From: an uncultured bacterium
Lineage (GTDB): Bacteria; Muiribacteriota; Ozemobacteria; Ozemobacterales; Ozemobacteraceae
Reading direction: 5' to 3'
Length of the DNA: 64,000 nt
Assembly: GCA_946407375.1 (NCBI GenBank)
Contig: CAMJNS010000004.1
Coordinates: forward strand, 3,480 to 67,479
The notes beneath the pieces were generated by a model, which was given only the letters and a program-made list of their open reading frames with translations, had not been told where the DNA came from and made no database searches. A program made the position numbers and the translations under genes. Below, one piece after another: positions 10,214 through 18,988 of this stretch. How positions within the stretch are numbered: position 1 is the stretch's first letter; each line of letters opens with the position of its first letter.

Positions 10214-10424
10214 GATAGATATATTTGATGAAGATGTTACAAAAGGAGTTGTTAAGAGTTTAAACTTTATTATTCCATCAGTTGAATATAAGGGAGGAAC
10301 AAGCAATTTTTTTGCTGCTCGTTGTATTGACATAGACAGAGACGGAATTACAGAATTAGTATTTGAAGGTGATTATGATAATGAAACAACAAAAAACTCT
10401 GCTATTATCGTAAAATTGAAATAA
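10200..10424 (+). pseudogene. orphan 3' gene fragment (DxDxDG-loop containing), no start codon
   Basis: Open frame from an in-frame TGA (10197) to TAA (10422-10424): ..IDIFDEDVTKGVVKSLNFIIPSVEYKGGTSNFFAARCIDIDRDGITELVFEGDYDNETTKNSAIIVKLK*. No ATG/GTG/TTG. Followed by a terminator. Confidence 0.3.
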
Positions 10425-10455
10425 AAAAGCTAAAAAAATATTGTTTCCACTTATT

Positions 10456-10497
10456 CACCGCTTGGAGTTTAAATAACTTCGGGCGGTGTTTTTTTTT
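10456..10497 (+). terminator. rho-independent terminator
   Basis: CACCGC..GCGGTG stem followed by T9. Confidence 0.6.
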
Positions 10498-10573
10498 CTA
10501 TTTATTTTATTCTGCCATTTATATTGCCATTTGGTGGCGTAATAAATGGTGAGATAAATCAAGCTAATAAAAT

Positions 10574-10604
10574 TAATTTGTGTCACCACTGGTGACACAA
10601 ATTA
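10574..10604. repeat. perfect 14-bp-arm palindrome
   Basis: TAATTTGTGTCACC-ACT-GGTGACACAAATTA. Confidence 0.8.
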
Positions 10605-10700
10605 GTTGGACTAATCTTTTAATAATGCCAGTTGGTAACTCTTGTTTTGAAAGCTAATTAAGACAACAAAAACAAAAACTACCAACTACAATAAAAACAG

Positions 10701-10734
10701 AAAAAGCGGTTAGACTAATGCTAACCGCTTTTTC
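10701..10734. terminator. bidirectional hairpin terminator following boundary motif J3
   Basis: AAAA-AGCGGTTAG-ACTAATG-CTAACCGCT-TTTTT; near-identical copy at 20343-20371. Confidence 0.6.
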
Positions 10735-10741
10735 TCATGTT

Positions 10742-10987
10742 TCAATTTATATTTGCTTCGTCAAAGTCTTTTTCAGAAATTCCAGTTAAATCCATTATTT
10801 CTTTTTTGTTTTTTCCTTTTAAAAGCATATTTTTAATTATTTCTTTTATTCCTTCTTTTTTACCTTTCTCATAGGCACTTCCGCGCATAAGGCTAAGAGC
10901 TATAAGACTGTTTTCTCTGTCTTCCATTCTTGCACGCATTTCTTTATCTGAATTTGATTTTTTGACACAATTTACAACTTCTGTCAT
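10742..10987 (-). pseudogene. C-terminal remnant of an Rpn-family (PD-(D/E)XK, YhgA-like) recombination-promoting nuclease/putative transposase
   Basis: Tail ..EKGKKEGIKEIIKNMLLKGKNKKEIMDLTGISEKDFDEA resembles Rpn C-termini; far too short for a full gene; matching N-terminal remnant at 11483-11575. Confidence 0.4.
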
Positions 10988-11089
10988 ACCGTCCTCACTT
11001 TCAATTTCAGAAGGTATCTTTGAATCTTTTGAAGCAAATTTCTTACTATTATACAGCAGATAAACCCATTTCTAACAATAATTTTTATT

Positions 11090-11479
11090 CGTCATTGCGA
11101 GCAGTCGTAAGACTGCGTGGCAATCCAGATATTTACTATTTCAAATTATAGAATTTTCCAATATAAATCTACCCAATTAGGATTTAGGCTTTCGATAAGT
11201 TTCAATTTATATTTTCTTGATCTAGCTTTAATTTGTTTTTCTCGTTCAATGGCATTATTGATATTGTCGTATTCCTCAAAATAACCTAACTTATCGACAG
11301 AATATTTTTTAGTAAAACCTTCATATAGTTTATTTTTATGTTCATAGACTCTACGTATTAAATCAGAAGTTGCTCCTGTATAAAGAGTTCCATTTCTTTT
11401 ACTGAACAAGATGTAAATATAACTGTTTTTATTCATATTATTTTTATCTAGATTGCCACGCCTTCGGCTCGCAATGACG
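11090..11479. mobile_element. GIY-YIG cassette bounded by inverted hairpin repeats (candidate small mobile unit)
   Basis: Left end CGTCATTGCGAG-CAGTCGTAAGACTG-CGTGGCAATC (11090-11126). Right end GATTGCCACG-CCTTCGG-CTCGCAATGACG (11451-11479), in inverted orientation. The unit sits between the two remnants of one Rpn-like gene. Confidence 0.4.
11146..11436 (-). CDS. GIY-YIG nuclease family protein (small stand-alone, UPF0213/YhbQ-like)
   Basis: 96 aa; SYIYILFSKRNGTLYTGATSDLIRRVYEHK ... EREKQIK. Confidence 0.88.
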   Translation of the reverse strand: MNKNSYIYILFSKRNGTLYTGATSDLIRRVYEHKNKLYEGFTKKYSVDKLGYFEEYDNINNAIEREKQIKARSRKYKLKLIESLNPNWVDLYWKIL

Positions 11480-11482
11480 TTT

Positions 11483-11575
11483 TTAGTTTAAAGTGTTTTT
11501 ATTAGACTCTTGACCAAAAACAGCTTTGAATAGGAAATCATTTGTTAGTCCAAAAAATTTTGTTTCTTTTTCCAT
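11483..11575 (-). pseudogene. N-terminal remnant of the Rpn-family nuclease gene
   Basis: MEKETKFFGLTNDFLFKAVFGQESNKNTLN* matches the conserved Rpn N-terminus (..TND..FK..FG.E.NK..L); the frame is cut by the hairpin repeat at 11479. Confidence 0.4.
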
Positions 11576-11703
11576 AAGAAAACCTCTTTTGATTAAAAAT
11601 ACGTGCATAAAATTTTAATCTGCACATATAGTAATCAACCGAAAACGGAAAAATGGACAAAAAAAGTGTAAAAAAATAATTTTTTTTGTTGTGGTTGTTT
11701 TTA

Positions 11704-11898
11704 GTAAATAAAACCTATGAAAATTTTTGGGATTGCCACGTTACTACGCATACTACGTATGCTTGTAATGACATATGGCTTGCGGTTTCACAATGACGGT
11801 TACGGTAGAGACTAAGGTTTTCTTTGATTCGGTCATCCCTCCGACTTGCTACGCAAGTCACCTCAGCGACTCGCTGACCTCCTGTCGCTCGCTTGCAC
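11704..11898 (+). repeat. ~195-bp direct repeat, copy 1 (copy 2 at 20381-20573)
   Basis: Copies differ only by a 2-nt indel and one substitution that I can see; the repeat contains a GATTGCCACG hairpin module plus further short hairpins. Confidence 0.9.
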
Positions 11899-11952
11899 TC
11901 CCAACCTCCTGTTGGTCGTCTAATCTCTTATCTCTGCTCTCTTTAAAAACTG

Positions 11953-11987
11953 GATTGCCACGGCTTCTACGAAGCCTAGCAATGACG
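11953..11987 (+). repeat. hairpin repeat element (GATTGCCACG-GCTTCTACGAAGC-CTAGCAATGACG)
   Basis: Conserved ends with an element-specific inner 5-6 bp stem. Confidence 0.8.
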
Positions 11988-12051
11988 AAATGGCAGAGAC
12001 TATCTTTATCGACAATAAAAACAATAACTACCGACTACAATAAAAACATAT

Positions 12052-12091
12052 AAAAAAATAGGTTAAGCTGAAAGCTTAACCTATTTTTTTT
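12052..12091. terminator. bidirectional terminator just downstream of the displaced nfnB 3' fragment
   Basis: A7-ATAGGTTAAGCT-GAA-AGCTTAACCTAT-T7. Confidence 0.65.
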
Positions 12092-12096
12092 ATTAC

Positions 12097-12320
<224 letters not shown>

Positions 12321-12349
12321 TTGAAGAGGAAAAGTTGAGGTAAGTATTT

Positions 12350-15034
12350 ATGTCTGATTTGTCTGTTTTTTATATATTAGATCTTTCTGAAAGTATGAAA
12401 GGTGAAAAACTTGATATACTTAATCATACTGTTGAAGAATGTAACGAAACCTTATTAGAATTAGCAAATGAAAAGAACGCTGAATTAAAAGTGGCAATGA
12501 TGACATTCTCAGATGGCTGTGACTGGATAACTCCACACGGACCAGAACCTATAGAAGATTTTGCTTTTAATTATTTTCAAAATACAAGTGGCTTGAGTAA
12601 TCTAGGTATTGCATTATATGAATTAAATAAAAATATTACAGACATAAATTTTTATAATATTTCTTCAAAAGATTACTTACCAGTAATAATTATTATAACA
12701 GATAAAGACAATATAGATAATTATGAAAACATTCTAAAATTTGTTAAAACAAATAATATTTATGAAAACTCTATAAAAATAGCTTATACCATAGGCAACA
12801 ATCAAAATACAGAATTATTATCTTATATTACAGATAATAAAAATTCAATAATTACTAAAAGCAATGAGAATTTTAGGGAAATTATTAAAATATTTGGAAA
12901 AACTACAAGTCAAAATAATAAAGAAATAATAAAAAATCAAATAAGAAAATTAATTCAAAAAAAGCAGTATGAAGAAGCAAAAGAATTAACCAAAGAATTA
13001 GGTAACGAAAAAGAATCTTATGAAAATGTAATTCTTGGTTGTATGTATATTGTTGGCAAAGGTGTGGAAAAGAATTACGAAGAAGCAGTTAAATATGCCA
13101 AGTTAAGTGCTGAACAAGGAAACCCTCTAGGACAATGCTTGCTGGGGCAATGTTATTATTTTGGTAATGGTGTGGAACAAAATTATGAAGAAGCTTTTAA
13201 ATACTTCAAGTTAAGTGCTGAACAAGGAGATTCAGCAGGACAAATGCGGTTAGGAATTTATTATCTTTATGATAATGGGATAGAACAAAATTACGAAGAA
13301 GCTTTTAAATATTTCAAGTTAAGTGCTGACCAAGGAGATTCAGATGGACAATGGGCTCTTGCTAAATATTATTATGAGAACAGTGTGAAACAGAATTACG
13401 ATGAAGCTTTTAAATATGCCAAGTTAAGTGCTGAACAAGGAAACCCTCTAGGACAATGCTTGCTGGGGCAATGTTATTATTTTGGTAATGGTGTGGAACA
13501 AAATTATGAAGAAGCTTTTAAATACTTCAAGTTAAGTGCTGAACAAGGAGATTCAGATGGACAATGGGTTCTTGCTGAATATTATTATGGTAACAGTGTG
13601 AAACAGAATTACGAAGAAGCAGTTAAATATGCCAAGTTAAGTGCTGAACAAGGTAATTCAAATGCACAATGTTTGTTGGGGAAATGTTATTATTTCGGTA
13701 ATGGTGTAGAGCAAAATTACGAAGAAGCTGTTAAATATTTCAAATTAAGTGCTGACCAAGGTAATTCAAATGCACAATGGGCTCTTGCTGAATATTATTA
13801 TGGTAATGATGTGGAACAAAATTATGAAGAAGCTTTTAAATATGCCAAGTTAAGTGCTGAACAAGAGAATTCTCATGGGCAATGCTTGTTGGGGCAATGT
13901 TATTTATTTAGTAATAGTACAGAACAGAATTACGAGGAAGCTTTTAAATTATTCAAGTTAAGTGCTGAACAAGGAGATTCAGATGGACAAAAGTGGTTAG
14001 GTATTTGTTATCTTAATGGAATTGGTATAAAACAGAATTACGAAGAAGCTTTTAAAAATTTCAAGTTAAGTGCAGAAAAAGAAAATGCTCACGGGCAATG
14101 CTTGTTAGGGCAATGTTATTATTATGGGAATGGTGTAAAACAGAATTACGAGGAAGCTTTTAAATATTTCAAGTTAAGTGCAGAAAAAGGACACGCTCAC
14201 GGACAATGCATGTTGGGACAATGTTATTATTATGGTAATGGTGTTGAAAAGAATTACGAAGAAGCCTTTAAATATTTTAAGTTAAGTGCGGAACAAGGAG
14301 ATTCAGATGGACAAAAGTGGTTAGGAATCTGTTATTATGATGGTGATGGTGTAGAAAAGAATTATGAAGAAGCTTTTAAATATGCCAAGTTAAGTGCTGA
14401 ACAAGGGAATTCTCATGGGCAATGCTTGTTGGGGCTATGTTATTCTTTTGGTAATGGTGTAAAACAGAATTATGAAGAAGCTTTTAAATACTTCAAATTA
14501 AGTGCTGACCAAGGGAATAAACTAGGACAACGTTATGTTGGATTCTTATGTTACTATTATGGACAAGGCATTAAAGCAAATAATGAGGAAGCTTTTAAGT
14601 ATATGAAGTTAAGTGCTGACCAAGGGGATAGCTTTTCACAATATTGGATTGGATCAAATTATTATGATGGTTTTAATGTTAAACAAAATTTTGAAGAAGC
14701 TTTTAAATACTTAAAACTCAGTGCTGACCAAGGAGAAAATCTAGCGCAATATAATCTTGGTAAGATGTATTATAATGGCGATGGAATACCTAAAAATTAC
14801 AAAGAAGCATTTAAATATATGAAGTTAAGCGCTGACCAAGGTAATGCTGATGGACAATATGAAGTTGGAAAAATGTATTTAGATGGCATAGGTGTAAAAA
14901 GAAACCAGGAAGAAGGAATAAGATACATTAAATTAAGTGCAGATCAAGGTAATTTAACAGCAAAAGGGTATTTGATAAGATCAAATATAACCAAGGGTTT
15001 CTTAAATGCAATTGGTAATATTTTTAAAAAATGA
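12350..15034 (+). CDS. vWA domain protein fused to ~18 Sel1-like (SLR) repeats
   Basis: 894 aa. N-terminal vWA with MIDAS DxSxS (FYILDLSESMKG) and a VIIIITD strand. From ~aa 205, an array of 35-36-aa units (NYEEAFKYFKLSAEQGDSDGQ..LG.CYY.GNGVEQ). Confidence 0.85.
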   Translation: MSDLSVFYILDLSESMKGEKLDILNHTVEECNETLLELANEKNAELKVAMMTFSDGCDWITPHGPEPIEDFAFNYFQNTSGLSNLGIALYELNKNITDINFYNISSKDYLPVIIIITDKDNIDNYENILKFVKTNNIYENSIKIAYTIGNNQNTELLSYITDNKNSIITKSNENFREIIKIFGKTTSQNNKEIIKNQIRKLIQKKQYEEAKELTKELGNEKESYENVILGCMYIVGKGVEKNYEEAVKYAKLSAEQGNPLGQCLLGQCYYFGNGVEQNYEEAFKYFKLSAEQGDSAGQMRLGIYYLYDNGIEQNYEEAFKYFKLSADQGDSDGQWALAKYYYENSVKQNYDEAFKYAKLSAEQGNPLGQCLLGQCYYFGNGVEQNYEEAFKYFKLSAEQGDSDGQWVLAEYYYGNSVKQNYEEAVKYAKLSAEQGNSNAQCLLGKCYYFGNGVEQNYEEAVKYFKLSADQGNSNAQWALAEYYYGNDVEQNYEEAFKYAKLSAEQENSHGQCLLGQCYLFSNSTEQNYEEAFKLFKLSAEQGDSDGQKWLGICYLNGIGIKQNYEEAFKNFKLSAEKENAHGQCLLGQCYYYGNGVKQNYEEAFKYFKLSAEKGHAHGQCMLGQCYYYGNGVEKNYEEAFKYFKLSAEQGDSDGQKWLGICYYDGDGVEKNYEEAFKYAKLSAEQGNSHGQCLLGLCYSFGNGVKQNYEEAFKYFKLSADQGNKLGQRYVGFLCYYYGQGIKANNEEAFKYMKLSADQGDSFSQYWIGSNYYDGFNVKQNFEEAFKYLKLSADQGENLAQYNLGKMYYNGDGIPKNYKEAFKYMKLSADQGNADGQYEVGKMYLDGIGVKRNQEEGIRYIKLSADQGNLTAKGYLIRSNITKGFLNAIGNIFKK

Positions 15035-15071
15035 GTTTTATTAATTTGTTTTTTCATTAAGGATATATGAT

Positions 15072-18000
15072 ATGGCAAACGACTTAGTTAAACAAAATAA
15101 ACTTATAGATAATTTAAATAAAATAGCATACACCATAGATAAAGCATATATGGCAAAATTAGATTCTGAGTATGCAGTTATACCTTTTGATGTTTTACAC
15201 AATAATAAAGATAATAGTGTTTCCTATAAACATAATATTAGAGCCTTAAAAATAGACAAGTGGGTTTTTGATAGAGATGAAAACCCTGGCAAATGTTTTA
15301 AAAACGTATTAAATGCCTTTGCAGATGGTGATCATACATTAGCACTTGTAGTAAAAAGAACTCCAACAGAAACACAAATGTATTTTGTTGTTAAAAATGA
15401 AGGCGAAGGTAGAGCATTAACTACTAAAACCAATCTTAATCTGCTAGAAGATACTATTACTGGCAATTTTCAGGGAACAAAAGCAGAAAAAATAATTAAT
15501 GAAAATAAATTAGAAGATATTTTTTCTTTTGAAAAAAACATTAGTTCTATTGCCTTAATGACTAATACTCCATCAGAATATACAGAAGATTATATCGGTC
15601 AAGGTATAGACAAGCTTTTAAATGGCGTAGTTCCAGAAAATGAATTTGAAAGTTATACTGTTGTTTTTCTTGCTGAATCCTTATCTCCAGAAAGTTTAAT
15701 GCAAATATTGTCTGGTTATGAAGAAATGGCTACAGCTATAAGCCCATTTGAACAACAACAATTTCAAATAGGAAAATCGACAACTTCTACAAAAGGAGAA
15801 AGCTATTCTGAAACTATTGGTGAAATGACTTCTTTAACCAATTCAGAAAGTACTAGTGATTCTATTTCTAAGACACATTCTGTAAATATAGGTTTAAACG
15901 GTGGAATTAATTATGGTAATACTGAGAATCGCTCATTAAATTTAAGTAAAATTTGTGATGATATTAAAGATAATTGGGAAAAAAATAAAAGTAAAGGTTG
16001 GAAAACAGCTGTTATATCTGTAGCAGGAAGTGGTTTGATAACAGCTGTTATCAATAGTTTTAGTACAAATGTTGGTTTATCTGGTGGTTACGGATATAGC
16101 TGGGGTAATACAAAAACTGACACAACAGGTGTATCTAAAACCGTTGGCAACAACAATAGTGAGACAACAGGAACAAGCACTAGCCTTGCATTAGGAGAAA
16201 GCGAAAACACTACTTTTTCATATAAAAATTATAAAATAAGCAATATGCTTGAAAAGCTTAAACTTACAATGGACCGAATAAACAAAAGCAAGGCAACAGG
16301 CTTATGGAAGTTTTCCACTTATATTATGTCTGAAAAAGCTAAAACAACAAAAAATATAGCCAATATTTTAAAAGGCATTACCCAAGGGAAAAATTCATAT
16401 ATAGAACCTGCTTTTATTCAAGAATGGACAAATTTAAATCCTAAAAAAGAGATTTTTTCGGAAATAAGAAAATATTTACATTTTTTTACTCATCCTGTTT
16501 TCTTTACTGCAGACCAGGAACTGAATAACGCAATGGCTGTAACGCCAACTTCTTTTGTTGCTACAGACGAATTATCAAATGTTATAGTTTTCCCTAAAAA
16601 ATCATTACAAGGATTGCCTGTTTTGCAGGGAACACAATTTGGTCGAGAACCTCATTCTTTATTAGATGCAAAATACGATTTGCTTTTAGGAAAAGGTTAT
16701 CATATGCATCAAACTTATCAAAAGCAAGAAATTTCTATTTCTTCAAATGATCTGCTTAACCACACTTTTGTTACAGGCTCAACTGGTGCTGGTAAATCTA
16801 ATGCTATTTATCAACTTTTGGAACAAACAACAAAATTAGGAGTTCATTTCCTTGTTATAGAACCAGCTAAGGGGGAATATAAAAGCTTTTTCGGTAAAAG
16901 AGATGATGTAAAAGTTTTTGGAACAAACCCCTTATTAAAAGATATTCAATTATTAAGAATAAATCCGTTCAGTTTCCCTATAGAAAATACTCATATTTTG
17001 GAACATTTAGACAGACTTGTAGAAATATTCAATGTTTGCTGGCCTATGTATGCTGCGATGCCTGCTGTTTTAAAAGATGCCATAGAACAGGCTTACATAA
17101 ATGCTGGTTGGGATTTGACCAAATCTGAAAATAAATATGACAACAGAATTTTCCCGACATTTGCAGATGTTTTGAAAGAAATAAAAAATGTAATGAATAA
17201 TAGCGAATACTCTGATGAAAATAAGGGTAATTATTCTGGAGCATTACAAACGAGATTGAAATCTCTTACTAACGGTATAAACGGTCAGATATTCTCAAAT
17301 GATTCTATTTCTGATGAAGAATTATTCGATAAAAATGTAATAATAGATTTAAGCAGAGTTGGCTCTACAGAAACAAAAGCTTTAATAATGGGACTTTTGA
17401 TTTTGAAACTACAAGAACACAGAATGGCTAGTCCTGAAATTAACTCTGAATTAAAACATATTACTGTTATTGAAGAAGCTCATAATCTATTGAAGAGAAC
17501 ATCTACAGAGCAGGTTTCCGAAAGTTCAAATCTTTTAGGAAAATCTGTAGAAATGCTTGCAAACGCAATAGCAGAAATGAGAACTTATGGTGAGGCTTTT
17601 GTTATTGCTGATCAGTCACCAGGATTACTTGATATGTCTGTAATCAGAAATACCAATACAAAAATAATATTAAGACTTCCTGATTATTCTGACAGAGAGT
17701 TAGTAGGAAGAGCTGCTGGCCTTAACGAAGAACAGATAATTGAACTTGGAAGACTTGAAAAAGGTGTAGCAGTAATTAGACAGAATGATTGGCTTGAACC
17801 TGTTTTGTGCAAAATTGATAAATTTAATGAAAGCAAATATTCCAATAATAATAAATCTAACAATAGTTTTAATCTGTCTAATGATAGCATTAATGAATCT
17901 GTATCTAAAGCTCTTGTGGAAGCTATAATGACAGGTAAAATCAATAATATTGAAGAAAACGTATATGAGCTTAATGAATTAAAAGAACTTATAATAAAAT

Positions 18001-18323
18001 CAAATCTTGAGACTGCTATAAAATGTGAATTTATTAATTGTCTTTTAATAAAAGACCACAATTTATCTGCTTTAACAACTCTTTGTTATGACTTTTTTCA
18101 TGCTTCAAAAGCGGTAGAATTAGCAAAAAAATGTGGCAATATTGAAAGTTGGAGTCAGTGCTTAACTTCAAATCTTGTTCCGAATGTAGAAAGTTATAAT
18201 AATGAGCAAATAAACAGATTGTTAGCTTTAATTGTTATTGAAATCAAAAACAGAGACCCTTTTTACAATAAACTCTTTTGTCGATTTACTGAGGTTTATA
18301 AAGAAAGGGGTAGTATTTTATAA
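15072..18323 (+). CDS. large HerA/FtsK-superfamily (DUF87-like) P-loop ATPase with novel N-terminal region and one hydrophobic helix
   Basis: 1083 aa. Walker A FVTGSTGAGKSN, Walker B HITVIEEAHNLL, FVIADQSPGLLD and NTNTKIILRLP. S/T/G/N-rich segments (aa ~230-390) flank TAVISVAGSGLITAVINSF. Confidence 0.75.
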   Translation: MANDLVKQNKLIDNLNKIAYTIDKAYMAKLDSEYAVIPFDVLHNNKDNSVSYKHNIRALKIDKWVFDRDENPGKCFKNVLNAFADGDHTLALVVKRTPTETQMYFVVKNEGEGRALTTKTNLNLLEDTITGNFQGTKAEKIINENKLEDIFSFEKNISSIALMTNTPSEYTEDYIGQGIDKLLNGVVPENEFESYTVVFLAESLSPESLMQILSGYEEMATAISPFEQQQFQIGKSTTSTKGESYSETIGEMTSLTNSESTSDSISKTHSVNIGLNGGINYGNTENRSLNLSKICDDIKDNWEKNKSKGWKTAVISVAGSGLITAVINSFSTNVGLSGGYGYSWGNTKTDTTGVSKTVGNNNSETTGTSTSLALGESENTTFSYKNYKISNMLEKLKLTMDRINKSKATGLWKFSTYIMSEKAKTTKNIANILKGITQGKNSYIEPAFIQEWTNLNPKKEIFSEIRKYLHFFTHPVFFTADQELNNAMAVTPTSFVATDELSNVIVFPKKSLQGLPVLQGTQFGREPHSLLDAKYDLLLGKGYHMHQTYQKQEISISSNDLLNHTFVTGSTGAGKSNAIYQLLEQTTKLGVHFLVIEPAKGEYKSFFGKRDDVKVFGTNPLLKDIQLLRINPFSFPIENTHILEHLDRLVEIFNVCWPMYAAMPAVLKDAIEQAYINAGWDLTKSENKYDNRIFPTFADVLKEIKNVMNNSEYSDENKGNYSGALQTRLKSLTNGINGQIFSNDSISDEELFDKNVIIDLSRVGSTETKALIMGLLILKLQEHRMASPEINSELKHITVIEEAHNLLKRTSTEQVSESSNLLGKSVEMLANAIAEMRTYGEAFVIADQSPGLLDMSVIRNTNTKIILRLPDYSDRELVGRAAGLNEEQIIELGRLEKGVAVIRQNDWLEPVLCKIDKFNESKYSNNNKSNNSFNLSNDSINESVSKALVEAIMTGKINNIEENVYELNELKELIIKSNLETAIKCEFINCLLIKDHNLSALTTLCYDFFHASKAVELAKKCGNIESWSQCLTSNLVPNVESYNNEQINRLLALIVIEIKNRDPFYNKLFCRFTEVYKERGSIL

Positions 18324-18988
18324 TGTTTGAAAGTATTGGTAAAATAGTAGAAGTAGCTGAGACAGCAGCAAAAGAAGTTGCTGCTAATGTTGAAAAGATT
18401 GTTCCCGAAAGTGGTATTAGTCTAAAAGAAGCTGATGAATACTGGAACAAGTTTTTTGCTCCTAAAAACAATATAGAAAAGAAATCTACTGATAGTTTCT
18501 CTAATAACTATTATGATGATAACAATGAAGTTTATCGAAAAGGTAATGATTTGGTTCCCAATCATGATTATGAAATAAACGGATACAAATATCATACTGA
18601 TGAAATTGGTAGAATATCTTCGGCAGAGGGTAATTTACATTTAAAAGATAGAGAGGGGCGTCTTCCAATAAAAGATTCTATTGAAAACATTGGGAAAGGC
18701 TATGAATTACCTAATGATGATAGAGGGCATCTTATTGCCGACCAGTTTGGCGGCTCTAATGGCTTAGAAAATCTGATTCCACAAGATGCAGAAGTAAATA
18801 GAAAAGATTTTATGAATTTTGAAAACAAACTTGCTAATGAAGTTAAGAATGGTAATGAAGTTTATATAAAAAATGAGCCTAATTATGAAGGTAATTCTAG
18901 AAGACCAAGTGAATTTATTGTAACTTATTCTGTGAATGGCACTGAAAATATAAGGATTTTCCCAAATGGCAAGGAGATTAATAAATGA
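18323..18988 (+). CDS. DNA/RNA non-specific endonuclease toxin (Endonuclease_NS_2 type, EsaD/YeeF/YqcG-like) with short helical N-terminal region
   Basis: 221 aa; NDDRGHLIADQFGGSNGLENLIPQDAEVNRKDF motif; start overlaps the ATPase stop (TAATG at 18321-18325). Confidence 0.7.
   Translation: MFESIGKIVEVAETAAKEVAANVEKIVPESGISLKEADEYWNKFFAPKNNIEKKSTDSFSNNYYDDNNEVYRKGNDLVPNHDYEINGYKYHTDEIGRISSAEGNLHLKDREGRLPIKDSIENIGKGYELPNDDRGHLIADQFGGSNGLENLIPQDAEVNRKDFMNFENKLANEVKNGNEVYIKNEPNYEGNSRRPSEFIVTYSVNGTENIRIFPNGKEINK

Noticed and set aside
11775-12053. 92-aa ORF (and similar ORFs at 20390-20659 and 23474-23665) lying in the GC-rich repeat regions
   Set aside because: These ORFs are open only because the hairpin repeats are GC-rich in an AT-rich genome. 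They have no RBS, and the translation is low-complexity (S/L/P/T-rich) and is simply the repeat read through. 11775-12053 and 20390-20659 lie on opposite strands of the same 195-bp repeat.
12962-14990. Non-coding tandem satellite
   Set aside because: The ~108-bp periodic DNA is entirely in frame within one long ORF and encodes canonical Sel1-like 35-36-aa units. It is a coding repeat.
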